A stretch of 61,200 nucleotides of DNA, the filler included, from Platydemus manokwari (Eukaryota), in assembly GCA_037951405.1 (NCBI GenBank). It is 5 parts of 5 records of this genome, joined end to end, with 100 filler letters (N's around TTAATTAATTAA, not from the genome) between each part and the next. Parts side by side here need not be neighbours in the genome. Positions count along the whole stretch, not along the records: positions 50,191 to 61,200 come from JBBMOY010982195.1; 4 more parts are not named here. One strand, written 5' to 3'. Below the pieces are notes generated by a model. It made no database searches. It worked only from the letters and a program-made list of their open reading frames with translations, and was not told the origin of the DNA. Every line of letters begins with the position of its first letter. Position 1 is the stretch's first letter. This document shows, in pieces, positions 53,777 to 61,200 of the stretch. The position numbers and the translations under genes were made by a program.

Positions 53777-54720
53777 CAATTTCTCCTGGAAAACTCGTCG
53801 AATACCAGACAAGTTTAGACATTGCTTGGGTGTATATTTGATTGTTGCACAATGCAATTTGCTTTTGAAATCATTTTCAAATTGAATCCCAATATAGAGC
53901 GGCCAATTTTTCGGGCCATATTTCACGAGAATGGGTAAATAGCTGAATGACAAACATGATCAATAGAAATAACAAATAAATAACACAATTTATTATTCAC
54001 CATTTTACATTGATAGCTGCCATTGTGAGCGAACTGATCAATTGATTGATTTGATCTTGACCATAAATTGATGTGCTTTTCGATGGAGAAAAAACAATAA
54101 ATTTCCTTCTTCCAAACCTGAACAATGATTGTGATCAGAACATATTGCTAATCACAAATGAACCATTTAACAAGCTCCCAATGAATATCGTTCTCACAGA
54201 CGTTTCCAATCAACCTGTTTTCATTCATTACTAATGATTCGGCAACTGAAATTGAGAAAATGTGGTTTAAAAACTTCTCCCATTCAAATAAGAATATTGA
54301 TATAAAATTAATGTAAATCTTATAAGTACTTTCGATGGTATTCGATTCAGTATTGGAGTTTTCAGGATTATCAATTTTTGTAATATTTGGTTGAAATAAT
54401 GTTATATTTAATTCAAATTTTTGGAAAATAATTTTCCCCATATCTTTTTGATTATCATTCTAATAATTGTAGCTTACTAATTCCTATAAAACATTTACGA
54501 ATTTACTTCAATCATTTGCAAATTTTCTATGGACGTTATTATATCTTCAACTCTTGATATGAATCTAACAAAAATAGAAAAAGTTACGAAAAATTGTAAT
54601 TATTAAATAAACTTTTCCCATTCGGTAACATTTGTATAATCGGTAATTTCAAAAAGTTCAGATTCCTTTAAAAATTGCTATCAAATAATTTATTAATTAA
54701 CATCTTACTTCAATTTCCAT
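53777..54720 (-). CDS. RAB3GAP1: Rab3 GTPase-activating protein catalytic subunit, 5' part. Exons 54720-54709, 54665-54613, 54564-54507, 54459-54330, 54245-54164, 54117-54001, 53942-53777
   Basis: Spliced product MEIEESELFEITDYTNVTEWEKFISRVEDII...ELVKWFGRRKFIVFSP...QINQLISSLTMAAINVKCYLPILVK...KYTPKQCLNLSGIRRVFQEKL matches Rab3GAP1 motifs (FEITDFTTASEWERFISKVEE; LVRWYGLREFVVIAP; LLSS.SIA..N.GC.VP; HLSGLLDIFKSK). All introns are GT-AG and phase-consistent. Downstream exons were not identified. Confidence 0.9.
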
Positions 54721-56428
54721 TAAATAAACTTCTTATTAAGTTAAAATTAAAATCCTAATATTGATTAAATTGCCACCTCAAATTAAATTATTTAAACACG
54801 GGTAAAGGCTACTGACAAATTATTATTCTGATGTTTTAATTTTTTTAAACAATCCGATATTTATATGATTTTTTAATAAAAAAATTCTTAATTACTGCGA
54901 ATAGAAAAAATGATTCTATAAATAATCCGTTACAGCAATCAGATATTCCCCTGATGCGAATTGTTGATCAACAAAATATTCAAATATTTATTTTAATTGG
55001 CTTAATTTAGTTTGATTTTGACAAACACTAATATTTTATAGGTATTATTATGATTCAATGTTAATCATGTATAAGGAAAATGTATAATTATTATAATGTA
55101 GAATAATGCGATTTTATTAAAGGACAGAAAGTGATTAATGAATTGAAGAGAAATTTTCACCAACAATAAACGTGCAGAATTTTAAATGTAATTATAATGT
55201 AAATTTTCGTAAATTTTTCGTCTTCACACGATTGAGGAGAAGAAAGAACAAAACATAAGATTAATCGCTACATGTATGTCATTAGAACTCGTGAGACTCA
55301 TATAATTTGTGGATAATATTGAGAAAAAGATAGAAAAATCAATTAAATAGACATTCAAGTAAATTTCGGTTAAAAAAGACACAAAAAGTAACAGATTTAT
55401 GGGTACCAAATCCTAACAGAAGTATACCGGAATAGATTAAATGTTGGATCACAATATGCAAGATAAATGGTCAATACAAAATTAATGCGCAAAGTTTATT
55501 TTACAGTCTATTAAGAGGGGTACTTATTACTATTGTCTTAAGGATTTTTCACACACATCCTAGAATCCATGTAGTTTGATTTCTAATTTGTAAAGCTATA
55601 TTTTATTATGTTATTATTTGTCCTTATTTATATTCTAAGTTTAACTATGTATTATAGTTCCAACAGTAACCAACCTCATTAAAGAATAAGTTGTAGAAAT
55701 AGGAGACATCAAAACATTGCTAGAAGTTCATTTAGAATAATTGTTATTCAGTAACAATATTAATTTCTAATTTTTGTGTGATATTTTGCTTGAAATCTCC
55801 TTGTGTTTTTCTATTTATTAACTTAAAGTTTCTAAAGCTTTTTTATAGTTAAAATTACTTATTACTACGTAAAGCCTTTCTAATAAGTCAGATCTTAGTA
55901 AATTTCTTACAAATCAGTGGAATATTTAAACATTAATCCTGCTATTCCAAGAGTGTGCTGTACTGTCGACTGTTCTGGCCTTCAAACAATTAATGAATAC
56001 TGACGAGTTTTTATTAATTTTCTACATTAATAATTCCTTTTATCTATATCTATATTTAATGTAATATAGCTACTTACTCGTATTTACCACTAACAAAAAT
56101 CTTTTCAACTATTTTCTTACACTGATGTTTGTATCATTTACTTTATTTTTTGGAAAAGAATTTTCTAATGACAAAACAAATTTGAAATAAAGTTATTACT
56201 TTAATAATCTTTCTAAATAAATTCCGATAAAGAAACACATAAGGAACCGAATGTTTGTAAATACTCATAAATCATCATATATATCTTATTGTTAAGAGAA
56301 TTAATAAACTTATGATAAGAAAGATTATGGAAAGTGATTTGAAAGCTTGAATATGAATATCTTTAATAAATCAATTAATCGAACAATAATTAATCGAAGG
56401 ACCTAGAAACCAGAACTATTATTTCATA

Positions 56429-57961
56429 ATGGTTAGAATTTTGCTAAACTTTTGTTAAATAAATTTTGTTAAATAGGGAGGCGGTCTTCAAGAAGTAATC
56501 GTTATCCATATTGGTCAAGCAGGTTGTCAAGTTGGTAATGCTTGTTGGGAATTGTTTTGCATTGAGCACGGTATTGGACCAGATGGATTAGCGAGATATT
56601 CTTCAATGTCAGACACTTCCTTCAAAACGTTTTTTAATGAAACCGGAGCCGGAAAATTTGTTCCCCGTTGTGCATTTATTGATTTAGAACCTACACCAAT
56701 AGGTAAAGATTTGTAAAATTGTATAAAATTATTAAGAAATTAATTACATTTAATATTGATGACAAACTCATGTTTATAATTTGTATAAAATAATAATAAA
56801 ATTATAATAAAATAATATATTATAATGATTATATTAAAAAATTCCAAACTTTTAGATGAAATCCGTACTGGAGTATATCGTCTTTTGTTTCATCCAGAAC
56901 AATTAATGTCGGGAAAAGAAGATGCAGCTAATAATTATGCTCGGGGATATTTTACAATTGGGCAAATGATGATTGACCTATGTTTAGATCGTGTGAGGAA
57001 ACTGGCCGATGAGTGTCGAATGCTTCAAGGATTTTTTATTTTCCATTCCTTTGGTGGTGGTACAGGATCTGGATTTACGGCTTTAATGATTCAAAGAATA
57101 AGCCAGGATTATGGAAAAAAACCGAAAATTGAATTATGTGTATATCCAGCCCCTTGTTTGTCGACAGCAGTAGTAGAACCATACAATTCAATATTAACTA
57201 CTCATGCTTGCATTGAAGATTCCGATGTCACTTTTCTCATGGATAATGAGGCTGTGTGGGATATATGCATCCGAAATTTAAATATTCAAAGACCATCATA
57301 TACAAATATTAATAGAATTCTAGCTCAGATTATCAGTGCTATAACTGCTTCTCTGAGATTTGAAGGATCTCTCACTGGTGATTTGATATCATTACAAACT
57401 AATCTTGTTCCTTATCCAAGAATCCATTTTCCATTAATAACATTTAATCCCATAATATCAGCAGAAAAAGCATATCATGAAACGCTATCTACAGAACAAA
57501 TTACTCGATCATGTTTCGAACCAGCGAATAGTTTTGTCAAAGTTGACCCACGAAGAGGTAAATACATGACAGTATGTATGCTTTATAGAGGGGACGTTGA
57601 TCCTAACGCATCAAATACAGCAATTTCAAATATTAAGAGAACTCGAACAATTCAATGGGTTGATTGGTGTCCCACAGGTTTTAAAGTTGATATAAATCAC
57701 CAACCACCTGCTGCAGTACCAGGAGGTGATTTGGCAAAAGTCATGAGATCTTGTTGTATGCTTGCAAACACTACAGCAATAAGAGAAGCTTGGGCTAGAC
57801 TGGATAGAAAATTTGATTTAATGTTCTCAAAAAGAGCTTTTGTTCATTGGTATGTTGGTGAAGGAATGGAAGAAAATCAATTTATTGAAGCTAGAGAAGA
57901 TTTGGCTAGTTTAGAAAAAGATTACGAAGAAGTTGGTTTCGATTCTAAAATGAAAGGCTGA
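56429..57961 (+). CDS. TUBA: Highly divergent alpha-tubulin, 444 aa; exons 56429-56431, 56477-56702, 56856-57961
   Basis: ATG|gttaga...aatag|GGA GGC GGT CTT CAA GAA gives [33 protein letters not shown]. It has GGGTGSG, alpha-type [11 protein letters not shown] and [12 protein letters not shown]. It has the same two intron positions as the other alpha-tubulin, no stops or frameshifts, and AATAAA at ~58061. Confidence 0.96.
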
Positions 57962-60199
57962 GAAAAATTAAACTTCCTACAGAGAATAAGTTATCATCTT
58001 TTATTTTCAATTCTTTTACCAAATCAGATTGTATCATGAACACATTTATTTGGTCCAAAAAATAAATTGAACAAGAACAATAATGTTTTTACTTCTTCTA
58101 AAACAAATATTAATAACAATAGTAATAATGTGCAATTATAACTATAAAACGATGAACAATATTATATATAATCGGTTAATAGTAATTACTAATAACTTGT
58201 GAACTTATAATAATCTAAGTTTTGAATATCGAAAGAGCACTTGCAGTAAATATCCAACTAATGATAGTCTTTGTATCTCCATTCGGCGTCCAAGTGAACA
58301 TTCTTAGCAGAAATCAAAATTAGTTATTTCTGCCTCAATTATTATAAAATTATTATGTCCTTTCAATTACACACGCTATATATATTGTCGGGTACTTAAC
58401 ATAAATTTTCATAATATTTATAATTTCATTTCTCGACAAAAATAAATTTAATTCAAAAATAGAATAAAAGAAATATATAAATAGAAAGAAGGAACACTAG
58501 TAACTAAAAATCGTAATCATCAAAAATATATCAATAAAAATAGTATAAAATAAAACTGCAAATGATAATGTAAAATATATAGTGAAAGTAAAACTGGTAT
58601 AAATTAAAAACAACAATCTAAAAATCCCCCGAAAAACAAAAATCAAATTATCGCTCAATAATTATTTAAGTCAAACGAAGACAGATAATTAGCGAAATCT
58701 TTTATCAACGGAATAACTAATCAATCTTCAAAGAAACAATTATCTTTATCGAACGAGTTGAATATGTATATGTTGGGCAGGTAATGTTTGGTTTTACATG
58801 ATTTAAGACTTGATGTGACTAGAAATAAGAAAAGTTTAGAATCAGATGATAATTAAATATTAAAACCTTAAGAGCCGTTGAGCTCTGTTAATTAAAATTT
58901 GTAAAATTTAGCTGGCACACCTGACTCAAAAAGGTGTATATAATTATGAACAATATAGAATCACTTTATAGAATAATAATAGAATAAATAAATCGAACCA
59001 AATAAATTATAATTAAAATGACAATAACTAGGTTAATAATAATAGGTTAATATCGTTCAAATAAAAATATAATGAAATCGTATGATAAAATAATATTATT
59101 ACAATGAAATAGACGAGGGCCTAAGCAAAAAAACAGGTGTGCAATAGTTTTAGGTTTTCAGTTATTGATAGGTTCTATTATGATAAAACTAAAGATTTTT
59201 GTTGACTTCTTGTGGCAATGTCCGTAAGAGCCCTCAAATGATTTTATCGGTAGTTAGGTCTAATGACACAGTAACCACTACTATAGAATTGTTTTGATTT
59301 TATGATTTTAGATTTTTAATTTAGGTTCTAGGTGAATGAGATTCAGACTAGAACTTTCATATTTAAATAAAGATAAAATGTGATTTCAAAATAATTAAAA
59401 TTACTTAATCGGAGATTTTAAAATAATATCCAATTTTATAATAATATGCAATGGTTCTTTTATCGTATGTATTTTTCGAAAGATAATAAGACAAAATAGT
59501 TTTTCGGAGTTGATTAAGAAGATTTTTCAACATTATTCTTCGTAATTTGAGGTGACATAATAGTTTGTCGGATCCGTAGAAATGAATTAGATTGTTTATC
59601 ACAATTAATTAAATGATTTGTAGAAACTATAACGTAGTAATAGGCGACTTATTTTGTTCTTTGTCCTTAAACACTTGCTTCGAATTTTTCGTTTAATTTT
59701 TTACTATTTTATTTTTACTCATTAATTTTTCTGGATGCTATTTTTAGTCAATATTTTATTTAAATTCTAAATTTGAATTTCTTTTATTCTATATATTACG
59801 TTCGAGCCTTATTGATTTTATTGTTTAACTAAGCTTAATCCTATTTGATACCACTACTGTCAGTCAGTCTCTATGAGTTCTTAATTAAGGTTACTGGTGT
59901 AATATACCATATATTGATATTTCTTTACCTCGCACAGCCTTATTGTGTGAAGACAATAGGTGTGGCAGTAGTGATATATTTTAATTAACTTAATTATCAA
60001 TCTTAAAATTATCTAAGCCTACTATTTTTTTAAATTGATTACAAACAATTATTTTACTATCCTTATATGATTAATAACTAAGATTTGACGCTATAAATGT
60101 TTATTAAATATAACACCAATACAAAACTGATTAACAACAATAATAAAATAAAAGTTACAGATTGATTTTGAAACTACCCTATACACTTAATAAAAAAAA

Positions 60200-60630
60200 A
60201 GGTACAAGACTACCTTACAATTTCAGAGAAAAAGACGGTTAATACATCCGACTCTAGGGGTAAAACCAGGTTACCTTTCTTCAGAGTGTTTTGTGAACAA
60301 GGCTCTATAATAAGAAATATAACGATACGAAATATAATATAAATCAGTATTTTACAGGTATGGGTCTTAATTTGGGTCTTCCAGTAAAATACCGGGCATA
60401 TATGGGAATATTTGTCTTATGCACCAGATGATCTTCTACTGTGCTTCGAATTGAAATTTAAATGTGTCTTCTTCAATTGATGTAACGTACAACGTCGTCT
60501 TAGCAAATAGGAAATTGTGGACAGTGAAATTAAAATAATGGCCGTGTTGATTGCCTTATATAGACAGTGTGAATCACTCGCAGATATTCTCTGCGATTAA
60601 ATCTAATGCCAGGGAATTTTATTTTATCGA
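60200..60630 (-). mobile_element. Decayed L1/Tx1-like reverse transcriptase remnant
   Basis: Minus-strand fragments KFPGI/DLIAE (domain 0), YFTGRPKLRPIPVK, LIIEP and SDVLTVF (YADD-like) occur in RT order. It is related to 35996-36030. Confidence 0.45.
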
Positions 60631-61200
60631 TAGAATTTATTCAATAGTGAGAGAAATCCTCTCTGAATAAATTTTTTAGTCAGACAAAATATCTCTAGAT
60701 TAAATTTAATGGAGTGACTATTTTATTCTGTGACAGAATTTTCATGCACGAAAATAGATGACAATTTATTTGTCGCTGTTAATGGGTGATATCTTATTGC
60801 GTATTGATATTTTATAAATTAATTTATTATTTTAGGGAATTTCGACGGGTTTATTATTGGTAGTTTTATTGATATTATTATTTTACGGATATATAAATAA
60901 TAAATATTATAAATATCAATATTCTTAACTGGTCTTTCCTCGGAAATTTCAAAGTGTCAAAATATAAAAAAACACATTGTGTTGGGTTGTGGTAAGATGT
61001 TATGTTTTGTTGTTTGTTATATTACAACTCAACAGCGTGAGTTCGTTACTATTTTACGAATTTGTTTCAACAAGAATAATATCAACAAAGAGAAATTTTA
61101 TTATCAAAAATTTATTTGAAATCACAACGTACAAACACTCAAGTTAACTCAATCGAGATTTTACAAGAAAAACAAATTAACTATGGTAATCTCACCGAGA

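Overview
This is very AT-rich eukaryotic (metazoan) DNA, not a prokaryotic genome. It has GT-AG introns of mostly 41-60 nt, (AAT)n microsatellites and NeSL, Merlin and Polinton remnants, which together suggest a planarian flatworm (inference). The window is five unrelated contigs (1-13617, 13718-24246, 24347-36858, 36959-50090, 50191-61200) joined by artificial 100-nt N44-TTAATTAATTAA-N44 linkers, so no linkage can be inferred across linkers. Host genes assembled by hand from splice sites: the last exon of a TRIM2/3-like NHL gene, an 11-exon Zwilch-like gene, the last exon of a TMEM116/GPR157-like 7TM protein, two complete three-exon alpha-tubulins, the first seven exons of Rab3GAP1, and an intronless KH-like ORF. 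Mobile DNA: a decayed Merlin transposon with related MITEs (one with a perfect 8-bp TSD), a Polinton/Maverick relic, a ~0.9-kb miniature Gypsy LTR element, an RT-deleted NeSL-type element with two tandem Ulp1-like domains, and L1/Tx1-like relics. The most striking observation is the intact alpha-tubulin at 56429-57961. It has Ser in place of the catalytic Glu254 that triggers beta-tubulin GTP hydrolysis, and it also lacks the MREC N-terminus, Lys40 and the acidic C-terminal tail. It is a candidate natural hydrolysis-dead, tubulin-code-free isotype. All family assignments come from remembered motifs; no database searches were run.
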